Below are positions 1-13,196 of a DNA stretch of 64,000 nt, one piece after another; position 1 is the first letter of the stretch; every line of letters begins with the position of its first letter. The stretch spans positions 137,268,001-137,332,000 of the forward strand of contig NC_135879.1 of assembly GCF_964194155.1 (NCBI RefSeq), read 5' to 3'. The position numbers were made by a program, and so were the translations under genes. The stretch is from Cetorhinus maximus (taxonomy: Eukaryota). The notes below the pieces were generated by a model. That model was not told the DNA's origin. It ran no database searches and was given only the letters and a program-made list of their open reading frames with translations.

Positions 1-240
1 GTCATGGACAGTTGCGTGTGTGGCAGACAGGTTGGTGAGGATGAGGTCAAGCATGTTTTTCCCTCTTGTTGGTTCCCTCACTACCTGCCTCAGACACAGT
101 CTAGCAGCTAGTCCTTTAGGACTCGGTCAGCGGTGGTGCTACCGAGCCACTCTTGGTGATGGACATTGAAGCCACCCACCCAGGGTACATTCTATGCCCT
201 TGCCACCCTCAGTGCTTCCTCCAAGTGGTGTTCGACACGT
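1..240 (-). mobile_element. LINE fragment (CR1/L2-group), AP-endonuclease domain
   Basis: Minus-strand translation reads HHLEEALRVAR..WVGGFNVHHQEWLGSTT..RQVVREPTRGKNMLDLILTN, a decayed form of the APE motifs GDFN / PTR / LDL. Truncated by the window edge. Confidence 0.8.
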
Positions 241-679
241 AATAAACACTATAATGATAACCCTTAGGGTCATGTCAACAAACAGCTACCAAAATTGCAT
301 ACAGCACTTTTTTTAAACTCAGGGTCGCAGCTGCCAGTTTTTTTTCAAAATTTATAGGGCAGGGATTTAATAGCTTGACAGCTCCACAGACCTTATCCAC
401 CTTTTGCAAACATTTACATTTATTCTTAAAAGTCATAAGTCACACACTGTGATAAGGAACCAGCTGCAGTGAAAACGAGGCATATTTGTACTCAGTACTG
501 AGTTTAAATAACCCTGCTAGGTTTAGGATCCCCCAACATGTGAGTCACATCCCCCTCCCTTTCCCCTAACAGTGAAGATAGGATCTGTTGGAAATGGGGT
601 CGGACTTCTCGATCCAGGGTCTCTCCGTCAATTTGGATAAGACACACAATCCCCACGACTCTGTGAAAATCTGGGCCTT

Positions 680-1544
680 AATATCAGTGAAGCAGTCTGA
701 GAAATGTTCATGGGGCCAAGTGAAGTATTGGAGAGGTAGAAGTGGATCTCTACAACATATATATTTGGATGTTGACCCTGTGTTTACATCCATGTCAGTT
801 GCGGACAGCATGTAGGTGAGGAAGAAGAAGGATCCAGGATAAATTGTTCTGGAGCTTTGGAGATGATTCAAGTGAGAAAGATAAACCATTAATGGCTTGC
901 TAAAGAACAAGTAGTAACAGAACCCCATGAGGGCAGATCCCCAGATTTACACAACAAATGAGTAGCTATAGCAACGGATGGCATGGTTGACTGTGTTGAA
1001 CTTCATTCAAAGATGCAGGAATACAAAGAATAAAACACATCATAGTTGCAGTTACATGGACTGTCATTCCTGACCTTAGCTAAAGTGCATTGATTTAAAC
1101 AGGGACACTTGGGATAGGTCGCCATGGGGCTGAGAGGTTCGGATATTTTGTCAAAGACCTTTACAGAGGAAAAGGATGTTTGAGATGAGTGGTAAGGAGT
1201 TTGGTGAGGAGGGAGAAGGAGCAAATGACACAGCATAAATCAGTTGTGGAGGGTAAGGAATGAGATAGAAGAGAAACTCTAGAGTGATGGGAAGTCATAG
1301 GGCACTTTGGGCTGAAGGTCATTGGGAACAGGAAGGGCAGTGGCAGCAGAGTGGCAGATTCATATGGTCTAAATCATGTAGATGAAGGAATCTCTGAGCT
1401 CCTTAGACTTGATGTTGGAGGTGAGGGTAGAGGAGATATTTAGAGGAGCTTGAAGAAGCAGCTCATTGGAGATAAGAGAAGCTTAAGATTGTCCTTTCCC
1501 TCAAGAAAAAATAGAGGATTTGATTGAGGATAAGCAGGCACAAA
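680..1544 (-). mobile_element. Old L2-type LINE fragment (RT region)
   Basis: Minus-strand peptides TLAKVRNDSPCNC (cf. TALxKVTNDILCDCD) and PGSFFFLTYML...FSDCFTDIK (cf. GSILGPLLFLIYML...LSDCLSDI). Heavily decayed. Confidence 0.6.
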
Positions 1545-1729
1545 GGCCTGGATTTTCATGCCTCCATCAGTGTTGAAACAGATGTGGGCCGAAGAAAAGA
1601 ACAGTGGACAAGGATGTTGAAGTCCTGCCCCCATTTCCAGCTCTGTGTATTTTCTTCTGTGTGGGAAAGCAAATGGGGCATGTTATGCATTCGAGTTCAG
1701 AGAGAAACTGGAGGAGCTATTATCTGTGG

Positions 1730-2530
1730 AGGAAAACATTTTCAGACTGCATTTTCTTTGTTCCTGCTGCTGCAGTGAAGGGTTTCAGTAATACATCCTT
1801 AGCAAAGAGTCATGAGCTCTGTTGCTGGGTGGACCGAAGGTGGGGAAACTTTATTCACAGTTATCACAAGCTGTTATTAGTTTGTTTAAGTCACCTGGAC
1901 ATCACTAATCAAAATGCTGGCCTTACAACCAGGGAGGGGGAGGGAATAGTGCTGGATTACACCTTTCCCAAGGAAGCAGGCTCCCAGGTGCAGAGGGAAA
2001 CAAATAGGCTTTGTCAGGACAGCCAACTCGTCCCAGGTGTAAGGAGTATTCGAATGAAATGGCCATCAGGGCACCCACTGACAGGCCTCAGAGATTTATA
2101 AATCAGAAAGCGTTCCACTCCATCAACATTCAGGTGGTGTGCAACCATAAGAAGATATTTCTGCACATGTGCGCTCATTCCCAGGAAGTTGTCATGATGC
2201 CTTCATCCCGCGAGAGTTGTGCCTGTCTCAACTATTCCACCCATTTTCCAGGTGTGTGGCTGGCTACTCAGGGACAAGGCCTGCCCTTTGAAGAGGTGAC
2301 TCCCCACTCCCCTGAGAACCCCACAGATGGGGCCCAATGTCATTATAATGTGAGCAATATCCAGAATGGGATCATCATTGGGCAGTCAATTGGGCTGTTG
2401 AAGATGTGCTTTTGGTGCTTTGACTACTCCAGAGGAGCTCTGCAATATTCACCTGCCAGATCTCCAGGATAGTGGTTGTATACTGCATCCTATGCAACAT
2501 GGCACAGCGAAGGGGGTTCACCTTGACTGG
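1730..2530 (+). pseudogene. HARBI1-like Harbinger DDE transposase, frameshifted
   Basis: AIRAPTDRPQRFINQKAFHSINIQVVCNH (cf. FxNRKGFHSxNVQxVCD), GQSIGLLKMCFWCFDYSRGALQYSP, VVYCILCNMAQRRG. Confidence 0.85.
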
Positions 2531-2929
2531 GCAGATGTCAAGTAGGGGCCTGAGACTTTGTAGGATGAGGAGGAAGAGGAGAGAGAAGCATGGCCAGGGG
2601 AATCAGAGGGTCAGCCATCAGAAGCAGAGGGTGGCAAGGGAAGGATTAGTGAACGTCATGCCCTGGGGTTCCATGAAAGGTGCCATTGTCACCACGGGCC
2701 TCTTGATACTGAGGTGATTCACCTGAGCAACCAGGAGGGGCTCGAAACCTGAGCCTTCAAGTGATGACATCAATGCCTGAGAGATGTACCACAGTCTACA
2801 GTCTCAATCAGAAGCAGCAAGAACCTAATAGTGTCTTTGAAGGTGTACCATCAGCCTGCCTTGCTAAATGAACGAATATTGACAATCATTAGAGCAGATA
2901 GTATATTTATTTACAGTGTCTATTAAAAT

Positions 2930-4544
2930 TTACAATTGCTGCTCACGACACTCGTCTTCCTACTGGACCTCCTCAGCCCTGTGTAGGCTTTCAGGCAGCC
3001 TAGAGGGAGTCAGCAACTGGGATGAAGCTGCCCAGTCATCATTGTGCCAACAGCACATGTTCCATGTTGGGTCTGCAGCTTCTCATGTACTCCATGGACA
3101 CCGACACTCATGTTATAAACGGACTGAGTGAGCCTTGCATCCTGCACAGAATCTCACAATACTTATGTATGCACTCCAGGTGCTGCCATATGTGGCTCGC
3201 CATGAGGTTGGCCATTCTCTCCTCAGAGGAGCTCATGCACTCGAGCCCCCGAGACATGAGTCCTGTGCCATGGGCTTCTCCACTCACAGACAGTGAGCAT
3301 GCATTGCTTCCGGGAACTCTGTCATATGTCCACACATTTGCTGTAGTTGTTCTAAGCACTGAGCCCCAAACGGTGACTTGTCAGGCCCTTCCACAGTGCT
3401 TGCTGGAGCACCACTGTGACTGCCAACCCCCTCCAGGGTGATCTGTCCATGGATACTTCTGACTCTGACATCTCCTCCTGCACTCAGGTGTTATGTATCT
3501 CACCCAGTGGCCCTGATTCTAATTGCATGTAAGAACTCACTGATGTGCAAGTGCCTGAGGTGGGGAATGGTGAAGTTGCACCCTCAGATACCCCTTCCTC
3601 CTCCAGGGGTCCGAGAGGATGACCTGGCTCATGGCTCACGGGCCACTGGGACCTGTGTGAGACACAATATGTGATAATAAGAGTTAACCTTTGATATCCG
3701 AATGGCTATATAACTATGCCACCATCCACACCACCCATGTGCTCAGCATTTGGAGTTGCAATGCCCACCCCAAGGCAGCCCTCTGTGCATATCCCTTCCG
3801 CTGACCCCCAATCCACATTGTCCCCTTGTTGCCATCATGCAAAGCATATCCTTTCCCCTCCCCCAGCGCTTAACACCATCACCCCCATCAATGAAAACAT
3901 GCTGTTTTTCAATTGCCCACGACCAATCGCACCTAGATTGGGAGACATTCTACCACCGATGCTTCGGTTACAGAGCACAAACAGTATCTCCAAAGCACCC
4001 TCTAACTCACTCCATATTGCCCTTAGCTGTGGTGTCTCACCACTGGTCTGGCTCATCTCCCTGACATTATGTTCCCCCTTTTCCTATGAGGACAAGCTGA
4101 AGAGGTGTGAAGCACATTGATGAGCAGCATATGCCCATGCATGAGCATAATGTGACTTGAACTAACAGTGGTCAAACACATTTTACAACATGAGTGGTCT
4201 TCCTTCTGATTGTCTCAGGACATGGCTGGTCCATGTGTGGCCCGCCTATACTGGCATGCCACTTAGAGACAGCTAATGGCCATCTCTGCTCTACAGAAGG
4301 ATCCATTTACCTTGCCAGACTGCAGAAGGTTATGGAAGTGCTACAGCATTACATCCAGCTGTACCTGTGTTCACCCGAGGTGGTCACAATTGATGCGATC
4401 TCCAATTGGTGCTGGCTTTGTGAAGGTTGAGCAGAGATTTCAGCCCATTGGGTGCAGGATGTCCCTCTTGCCTCTCACTGACTCCACCAGGAGCTCCTGG
4501 TCCTGGTCACTGAATGGAGATGCACTCGATGCCTGGCTCCCCAT
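2930..4544 (-). pseudogene. Harbinger Myb/SANT-like DNA-binding protein gene (spliced, decayed)
   Basis: Exon 1 (4544-4311) reads MGSQASSASPFSDQDQELLVESVRGKRDILHP...HFHNLLQSGK then gtaaat. Exon 2 from about 4083 reads EKGEHNVREMSQTSGETPQLR. Confidence 0.75.
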
Positions 4545-5460
4545 TGAGTACTCCTCTGGGAAACTCTGGCACGGCAACAAGCAAAGCACATGTGTCATTA
4601 TGCATGCTCACCTCGTGTGAAAAATCACAATCCACGGATCCAGTTGGATAATGGGGCAACACAAGTGAGTAGGGTGCTGACAGCTATTACTGGGCTAGCT
4701 GTGTGCAGGGTGGGTGTCATTGCTGAGGCTGTCTGCGTACCAGCATGGCAAGAGGGAATAATGAGTAGCCTTGACCCGGCAGTCCAATGGACCATAAGTT
4801 ACGCAAGAGCATGAAAATGGTGTGAAATACCAGGTGGCTTGATAGGCCAGGGCTTGGCACATTTGTTTCATGCCTTCAGTAGCTGCTGAGATTAGAGGTC
4901 TTACAGCTGAAGGCTGCATGCAGACAGGAGACCCTAAACTGTACTACTGATCACAATTGTTGTAGGGTGCAGACACTTGAGAAGAGAGCAGAGAGAAGAA
5001 CAATGCTGTGTTTGGCAGCCACATGAAAAATGGAGGCAGCCAGCATGGAATTTTCAGCTTTCTTGGTAGGCTCATGCTGGGCCAACTTTACCACAGCTAC
5101 AAACCTGTTGACCATCATATACTGTCAGAGAAAATTTCACTAATCTCAGGACAAGGGTCAGAAATGAGGTCACTGGGTTAGTACTGGGTCAGCTGTCTCC
5201 ACATCAGTCTCACCTCCCAGCAATGGTGTCAGAAGTGGGCCTTTATATTGGGGGCAAAAAGCAATTTTCCGTCCTCTGCATCAGGACCCATTTCTGGCTC
5301 CACAAAGCCTTCAGTCAGCAAGCCTGTCTCCACCATGGACCTGACTCCCTGCCAGAAAAATAGGGTGGGTGGACACCTCTACAGCAGGGAGACCGGGCCA
5401 CAGGGTCAGCGAAATTCCTGACTCCCGATACCCACCTCAGTGATGAAAATCTGACCCAAA

Positions 5461-5900
5461 ATGTCTGACATGACTGAGTTAGTTTTGAAGTCAAGTGGCT
5501 AAATTAGTCAAACAGCAATCTATGCTTAAGATTGTAGCCATCAAACTTAAAGGACTAAAGGTGAGTATCATGTGCGTTTAGGCAAGAGTGGAAGACTGTA
5601 AGTGAATTGGTGAGAATGAGAGTATTAATCATAGAAGAGCAGGAACAGCTAAGCAAGTCAACAGACGTACAAATTTTATGAGGGCAAGATGGAGCTGGAG
5701 TTTGACAATGAATTTGTGAGAAAGCTAGGTGAGAGCTTTCGGGAACAAAGAGTAAGAGTAATGGGATTCCAGAAAAACAGGAACGTGTGGAACGTCTGCA
5801 AATTTGACAGCTCCCATGAGGCAGTACAGACAATGGGTACAGCTATGGGTAGATATTTTGTATCGGTAGACAATTCTGCTTCAATAATACTTCACAAATC
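5461..5900 (-). mobile_element. L2-type LINE fragment, probable continuation of 680-1544
   Basis: Minus-strand RKLSPSFLTNSLSNSS and VDLLSCS resemble the L2 endonuclease-RT linker. Same strand, and it directly abuts the Harbinger TIR. Confidence 0.5.
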
Positions 5901-5914
5901 CATGATATCAATCT

Positions 5915-6175
5915 TGAAGGACAAGGGCAGCAGATGCATGGAAACACCATTGACTAAACGTTCTCCTGATTTTGACATTGCCATTCCTTCATTGCCACTG
6001 AATAAAATATCCTGGAACTCGCTACCTAACAGCATTGTGAGAGAATCTTCACATCAAGAAGAAAGCTCACCATCAACTTCTTAAGAAAATGATGATGTCA
6101 AGGGATAGACAATAAATGCTGTCCTTGCCTATGACACTCACATTCCATTACACATCCCATTAATAAATAAAAAAG
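5915..6175 (+). mobile_element. 3' end of CR1/L2-group LINE
   Basis: gcagcagatgcatgg...atcctggaactc..cctaacagcattgtg...caataaatgctg...cacatcccat plus an A-rich tail. Homologous to the reverse complements of 21232-21600 and 54790-55000. Confidence 0.7.
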
Positions 6176-7569
6176 AGAGTTAGGCCAGTAAGACAGAGAT
6201 CTTGGGAGCAGAGTTGGAGAATTTCAGTTTATGCTGATTGATAATTCCTACCTGATCATAGGCAATAAATTATAAAATAGCATGAGTAACAGATAAAAAC
6301 CTACTAACTACCTAGCCAGTAGACAGCCTTCAAAAATGCTTCCTTTCCCCAGCCACTTTATGCAGGAATCTGTTATAAATTAATTATTTTTACAAGACTG
6401 TAGGACAGACAGAAATTAATCAGCCTCTGAACAAAACGCAATTGAGTTTATAAATTCTTGGGAAGTATTTTTTTAAATGTCACATTTGCTTCTTTTCATG
6501 ATTATTCTTGAAATATAAAATAAATAACTGTGGGGATTGGATCTCTCAAACAAAAAAGAAAAGACGTTTCTCCTGAGAACCTTTTAGATGTAGAGATACA
6601 CGAGAACTGATTACAGCATCTGTTCACTTTGTTTCCGAAGCTAATTAATTTTATATCGGTGGGATTCAGTTTATCCTTTTCACCATATGCTTTGAGATCA
6701 CCTAACTGGAGGGAAGATCATGAAGCATCTTTGGACCCTGCATGAAGTCAAAGCAATTTTAAGGCATTTATTTGCAACAAATTAACTATTAATAAAATAT
6801 AATGAATTGAAATGTTTTAACCATTTTTGCTTTTTGGAATCAACAATGATTTGATAACAATGTAGCCACAACTAACCATAAAATGTATCACTCTGTAGTC
6901 AAGCTGAACAAAAGAGAGTGGCTTTTGACCAAGATCTAATCATATTGTATGTTCAAAGCATGCATTGTTGTAGTCAGATTCTGCCAGATGTTGCTGTAAA
7001 AATAAAGTGTTAACGACATGCACCATTATAAAAGCACAAATTAGCCAGCAAGTTTAGGATAGTAAGAGATATGATGTGAGTTGCAAATCTCCAGAGGATT
7101 GCTGGTCAATTTTCATTGCTTCACCATTTGCTTCATATGAACAGTATCTCACCTTTAGTCTCCCTGTTATTTTTAGGGATTTTCTGGAATTTGCACATTA
7201 GTTACCCATTAAACCCACCTCAGAAAGTAATTAAAAACTTAAGTTTTTTTTAAACAATATGAACATTGTTAATGCAGTGCCAATTAACATCTCTGGCTCA
7301 TAAGTGGAACTATTTATACCACAGTCTCATTTCTGTAAGTTGTCAAATGTTGTCAGAGATTTTAAAAAAGTAACAGTTTAATTTTTTCTTACTTTTCCTC
7401 TCGACCCCTTTTTTGTCTCATGCTATTAGACAAATCTTTCTTTCCCTCATTTTATTTTTCTTTCTGCACCAGATTTGACCCCAATCCACATTTCTTCTCT
7501 GTAATTCCTCTCTTTCTTTCTCAATTCTTAAATTTAATTGGTTAAGGAGGATTAGAGAGAAGAATGCTG

Positions 7570-10020
7570 ATTGTTGGTCAGCAAGTCAACTCTGATTGAT
7601 CAAGTTGTCACCATGGAGAACGCAGCAGGGAATTATTTTCCCTCACATTTTATTTAATTTTTTAAAAGGCGCAATGTCTGGACATGCTCATTCTGCCGGC
7701 AGAGGACTGGTCCCTGCATATAAATATATGTAATAGGATGACCAAGTGTCCCTTATTTCATGGGAGTATCTTATATCTGAATCCATTGTCCCGTGTCCCG
7801 GGCTACATGGTTGAGTATTGTTAGTGCTTTGCCTGTGGCAAACAGCTAAAGGGATGTGCTGTTCAGTATGATCCACCAATTGTTAGGATGTATGGCCTAT
7901 ATACCTGGCATCGCACTGACACTGAAATTCATATATCACATTACTCATTTGTGTGTGAGGCAAAATGTCTTTTTGAATTAACGGCAGCACTCTGTTGGTG
8001 GAAAATACCAGTTGTGTTGTTGCTACATAGGAGCAGTGTAAAACAGTTAGTTTTACCTGTTGCTCAAACTTTTCAGATATCTTACCCTTCCAGTGTAATT
8101 TGAGATAGACTGGGCACTTTTCAGGTCCGAAAGTGACGGCCTCAGGTCCATTCATGAGTATGTGCGACACACAGTGAGCAATAATTTGATTGGGGTAGCC
8201 ATTATCCTGCAGGATAGCTTTGATATGCCCTATTTCGCTGTCAAGCTTGCATGGTGAGCAAATCACTTGAGCTCTGTTTACAAGATTGCCAATAAGGACA
8301 ATCTTGTAGTGTGTGGAGCTGTAGGAATCCTGATGAATATACTGACCAGTGAAATTAGGCTTGCGGTAGACAGGAGTAGAAAACCCGTTAGTAGATTTCT
8401 CAACTAGCATGTCGTGGAAAGGGAGGTTGTTAGACTGCTCTATTTCAAAAGTGAATTTGAGAGTGGGATTGAGTGCATTAAGGTGTGTAAGGAAATTCTT
8501 ACATGCAGCTGCAGATTCAAATATAGTAAACATCATCTACATATCAGAAATATGCAAGGTGGAGGAAGTTAGGGGTCATTCCATTGAAAACACGTTTCTC
8601 ATGGAAAACAACAAAAATGTTAGTGAGAGCTGGGCCTAGAGGGAATCCCATGGTAACACCATTTATTTAGGCATACATGGGGTCATAAAGCTGTGCTCAA
8701 CTGCGTGAATTGCTAAGTTCATAAGTTCAATGTATACAGGCTTAGAACATGGTAGCACATCTAGATCACCATATTATTGTGACATGGCACAAATATCCAT
8801 GGCTTTCTTGATCTGCACCTTAGTGAATATGCTCACAATTTTGAATGAACACATATTCACAGCATTGCTATTGATATGCAACTCCTGTATGTTCTTCACA
8901 AGGGTGTAGGAATCCTTCACTGTGTATGTGGAAAACTCACTCAGAACTGATTGCAGCAACTCACTCAACTATTTAGCCAATTCATGTTATAAGATATCTA
9001 TCTTTTCCAGTCATAGATAAGAGAGGGTATAATGGGATATCATTTTTATGTGCCTTGAGCATCCATACATACATGGACTTACAATAGTGAACATGAAGAT
9101 GAATCCTATTATATATGCCACAAGGCAGCTCATTATCTTATACAAGTTTAGCAAGCATTTTTGTAACTTGCTTTCGAGCGGGGCTGTACAAGCTTGCACG
9201 GTGAGCAAATCGCTGGAGACCTGTTTACAAGATTGCTGACAAGGCCAATTTTGTAGTGTGTGGAGCTGTATGAAGTCCAGTGCTTGATGACAGGCCCAAT
9301 GGACACAACTTTGGACGCGTCTTTAAGAACGGTGTGCATTTTGTCAATATAGTGGCGCTTGTTAAGGATGAATATTCCAGTCCCTTTGTCAGGCTTGCAA
9401 ATATGTCTAGGTTTATCTTGGGGCCTTTGCAATGCCACCAAACATAAACATAAACAGCAAAGGTAGGAGAGAACTACATAGTCAACTATTGAATGTTGCG
9501 GAGAGGTCAAAAAGGGCAAGGAGAGAAGACCTATTCCAAACCCACTTCAAAATATCGACAGACTGGACATTGGCGGGAACAGAGTGGAAAATATTGTACC
9601 ATGATTAGCAGGTTGGCAGGTTGCTACTGTCCTGTTCCCAGTGAAAAGCCAGGCTGTGAGTTGCTCGTCATGATTATAGGGCATTCTGATTCTGAGTCGG
9701 AGCCAAAGTTGTGCTTCACTTTGTGCCACTTTGTGCTTCATGAATTTGATGGAAAGATCAATTCATAATGGTTCAAAATCTACAGGTCCAATGAGACTTC
9801 AGGCAATATGTTCATTACCTAAACTCTGTCTTTATATATCACAACTCTTCTACATAGATATGACAGAGGCAACTTACCTTCACCAGCGCCTCTTCACTGA
9901 TGCAGTGAGAGTTGTGCCATCTGCTCTCTCTACAGTCAGCAGTAATACTGACAAAGCTCAACATAGTTCAACTAGCATTAACCTTCAAGATCGGCAGGTC
10001 ATAATGGTACAAAACTAACA
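7570..10020 (-). mobile_element. Penelope-like retroelement (RT + GIY-YIG), decayed
   Basis: ICKPDKGTGIFILNKRHY (PLE DKG motif); LKFTFEIEQSNNLPFHDM..VYRKPNFTGQY..LQDNGYP (RT thumb); NVIYEFQCQCDARYIGHTS (GIY-YIG). Confidence 0.9.
7883..8536 (-). pseudogene. Penelope RT C-terminus / GIY-YIG endonuclease ORF remnant (217 aa)
   Basis: ORF track peptide contains VYRKP, NGYP and VIY..C.C...YIG motifs. Flanked by stops and frameshifts. Confidence 0.85.
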
Positions 10021-10189
10021 GCTATCACAAGGGGGTAAATTTTCACGTTACACTATGCTGAGAAATGGAGCAGACCCGTTATATGCAACCTGCTCATTAC
10101 ATGCAACTTGCCCATTATACAGAACCCACTTGTTATATACACGACTCATTATATACATGAGTTATTATATACAAGATGCTGATTATAGA

Positions 10190-10835
10190 CATGCCTCTGG
10201 TTATATACATCCTGTACTTCATATACACCCCACCCTTTATATACAAACTTCACTTTATTTACATACTGCACTTAATATACACTCCGCCCATTATATACAA
10301 ACTACACTTTATATACAAACTGCACTTTAACACACTGCACTTTATATACACACTGCACTTTGTATACAAACTGCATTTTAAATACACACTGCACTTTATA
10401 TACACATTGCACTTTATATACACTCCACGCTTTATATACACACTGCACTTTATATACATACTGCACTTTATATATACTGCACCCTTTAAATACAAATTGC
10501 ACTTTATATGCAAACTGCACTTTAAATACACACTAAACTTTATATACACGTTTCACTTCATAAACTCTCCACCCTTTATATACAAATTGCACTTTATATA
10601 CTTACTGCACTTTATATACACTCCACCCTTTATATACACACTGCACTTTAAATACACAGCACTTTACATACACATTGCAATTTATATATACGCCACCCTT
10701 TATATACAAACTGCACTTTATATACACACTGCACTTTATATACATACTGCACTTTGTATATACTGCACCCTTTAAATACAAACTGAACTTTACATACACT
10801 CCAACCTTTACATACACACTGCACTTTATATATGC
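10190..10835. repeat. 18-bp minisatellite, consensus TATATACACACTGCACTT
   Basis: Roughly 30-35 imperfect tandem units. The same unit resumes at 12443-12700 and appears briefly at 28495-28540. Confidence 0.95.
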
Positions 10836-12442
10836 TGTAAAGAACCTATTTTTATTTTTCTTGGACTGTGGCTTTAAAAACTACAATGGCTGCAGCTGAA
10901 AGGCATGGGACAGAATTTTGCCCTTGGCAGGGGTGCTCGTGGAGGGCGGGCGGGGACGGTTGGGAAGCCGCCCACCACTCGCGATCAGCTCCTCACCATG
11001 ATTTCACGCGGGCGGGCCAGTTAAGGTCTGCCCTCTGTGGATCGCGAGTGGCAGCACTGAGCGCTGCCTGGGCGGGCGGGGGGAAGGGGGAGAGTGGGTC
11101 TAGCGCGCAGTTCACGCATGCGCGAGAAAGAGCACTTCAATCTCTGAGGCACGGAACTGCCTGAGGGAGATTGAAGCACTGTGTAAATAAAAATGAAAAG
11201 AATAAAAATGTAATAAAACATGTCCCTTCATGTGACCCTGTCACATGAGCTGGGACACATTTTTAATTCAAAAATACAGTTTTATTTAATGTTTATTTGC
11301 TTTAGGAAACCTCACCCCGCTCGTGGATGAGGTTTCCTAATAAATGGAAAGGCTGCTTGGCGTTTTTGCCTGCCTGCCAACCGTAAGGTTGGATGGGCAG
11401 TGTAAATTTAAATTTAATTAGCTTGTTCATGGCCTTTATAGGCCTTTTAATTATCAGCAGGTGTGCAGCTGACTCCAGCGCGTACCTGCCGAACAAAATA
11501 TCACAAGACTGAACGATGGTTTCGGGCATGCATCCTGATGTCATCACGCATCATTATATGTTCAGGCATGTCGGGCGCGTACCTGTATGCAAAATATAAT
11601 ACTCTGCCCATGTTCACTGGAATAGGATGAGGAATATCTAGAATGCTGCTGTCCGGGAACAGAGTATGCCATAAAAGAACAAGATGGTGCCGGAAAGGAG
11701 TCCTGGACTAAGGGGAGCTGCTTGATGACAGCATTTTGATTGGCTCTTGACCAGGTGACCAGGGTTTTGTGTGGTAACAGTGCAGGCAGTACAGCCCCTA
11801 GCCTGCAAAGAGGGAAGACCTAAAACCTCTGTAAGGTGCCAGTGATTCTGTCATAGTAGCTAGCTAGCTATTCCTCACATCCCTGTAACCTGCTTTTTCT
11901 GAAAAACCCCGTCAAGAGAAAAAGGGGAAAAATCACCAGTAGAGACACTGAAAAGCAAGTTTTTCAACCAGCGAACCACAGACTGAAAGTGCTGGGAGAC
12001 GACCTCGTGTCATCAACAATAAACTGCAAGGAATTTGGAAGACATCAACCAACACATCTAATCCTGTACTTTGGATTGGTGCTATTGAACTGTTTCACCT
12101 CACCTTTAAAATCCATGTTTTGTGTGTCTTACATGTGTGTGTCTGTGTGTGTGTGTGTGTTTGTGTATAGAGGTTTCAGAAGCGGTAGAGTTTAGGTTAT
12201 AGAGTTAGAAATTAGCAGTTCATATTTCTTTCTTTTGCCTCTTGTTAAAGACAATTTGTTCAATAAACAGTTATTTACTTATTAAGTTTACAAACCTGGT
12301 GCTCATATTCTGTTAACCAAAATTAAACAGTTAGGGAGAATTAGGGCAGTTTGGTGGTTCGGTCAAACTTTTCACATTTGTTGCGGCTCGGGGAACAGTG
12401 GGGCTTGGTATTACAGTGCACTATCCCCAGTGAGTCACAACA
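10836..12442 (+). mobile_element. Solo LTR (Gypsy-type) inserted in the minisatellite
   Basis: Begins TGTAA and ends CACAACA, with an internal (GT)n tract and AATAAA near 12262. Flanks are ATGC / ACAC and the minisatellite resumes immediately after. Confidence 0.65.
10908..11609. mobile_element. Harbinger-derived MITE (~700 bp)
   Basis: TIRs GGACAGAATTTT and ATACTCTGCCC, ATG on both sides. Internally similar to the copies at 17920, 30452, 44203, 47838 and 56415. Confidence 0.85.
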
Positions 12443-12700
12443 ACACACTGCACTTTATATATGCTCCAAGCTTCATATACACACCGCACTTTATATACAC
12501 ACTGCACATCTTTATAAAAACCCTGCCCTCCATATTCACTCCACCCTTTATATAAGCTCTTCCCCTTAAGAAAATATACACCCTGTCCATTAGAAACACC
12601 CTGTCCTTTGTATATAATCCTGCGCTTTATATGCATCCTACTCTTTATATACACCCCACCATTTATATACACCCTACCCTTTATAAATGCCCTACCCATT
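12443..12700. repeat. 18-bp minisatellite, continuation
   Basis: acacactgcactttatatat units, more degenerate than the left block. Confidence 0.85.
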
Positions 12701-12829
12701 TATCCAGTCTCTCCTTTGTTCATAAGATGGAGTTTCTCTTCTTAAGGATGACAATGCCATTCATCAATGCTGGAAAGAACATTTTGAACAACTCCTCAAA
12801 CATGGTTATCCCTCATTGTCCTGGGGAAT

Positions 12830-13196
12830 ACTCATGGTAGAATCATGAACGAACCACCATCAATGGGAGAGCTGCAACAAGCAATCAAATGAGTGAAGAA
12901 ACAATAAAGCCAGCGTCCCCAAAGATATTCTAGCTGAGGTCTTCAAGGCTGGCGGACCTTTGCCCACATCAAGATTCCATGCACTCATCCCACAGATTTG
13001 TGAGGAAAAAGAATTCCTCCCCCACCTCCCACTTCAGAAATGTGCTAATTGTAAACAATTTTCAAGAAGGTAGATAAATCATGCTGTGGAAACTATTGAG
13101 GTATTTCCCTCTTGTCCATAGCAGGAAAATTCCTGACATGAACTCTCCTGAATCACCCACTTCTTGTAGCGGAGGAAATCCTCCCAGGGACACAGT
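12830..13196 (+). mobile_element. RTE-clade LINE, RT segment 1
   Basis: PPSMGELQQAIK..NKAS..DILAEVFKAGG and CGNY*GISLLSIAGK..VAEEILP are RTE RT N-terminal motifs. Confidence 0.8.

Larger units (their letters stand above)
1545..5457. mobile_element. PIF/Harbinger DNA transposon (copy A), decayed autonomous type
   Basis: TIRs GGCCTGGATTTTCAT (1545) and ATGAAAATCTGACCC (to 5457), AAA on both flanks (3-bp TSD). Carries convergent transposase and Myb/SANT genes and splits an L2 element. Confidence 0.8.

Noticed and set aside
560-679. Possible short MITE ending GAAAATCTGGGCC
   Set aside because: Only one TIR-like end is visible, with no matching left end or TSD.
1730-2530. Host HARBI1 gene
   Set aside because: Frameshifted, inside TIR/TSD-bounded DNA and paired with a Myb/SANT ORF, so it is a transposon copy. 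The same applies to 24293-24960.
10176-10775. 199-aa ORF of FIYTLH repeats and overlapping ORFs
   Set aside because: Artefact of the 18-bp minisatellite: open on both strands, split by TE insertions, no gene context.
10190-12700. CRISPR-like array
   Set aside because: The units are directly tandem with no unique spacers, there are no cas genes, and the context is eukaryotic.
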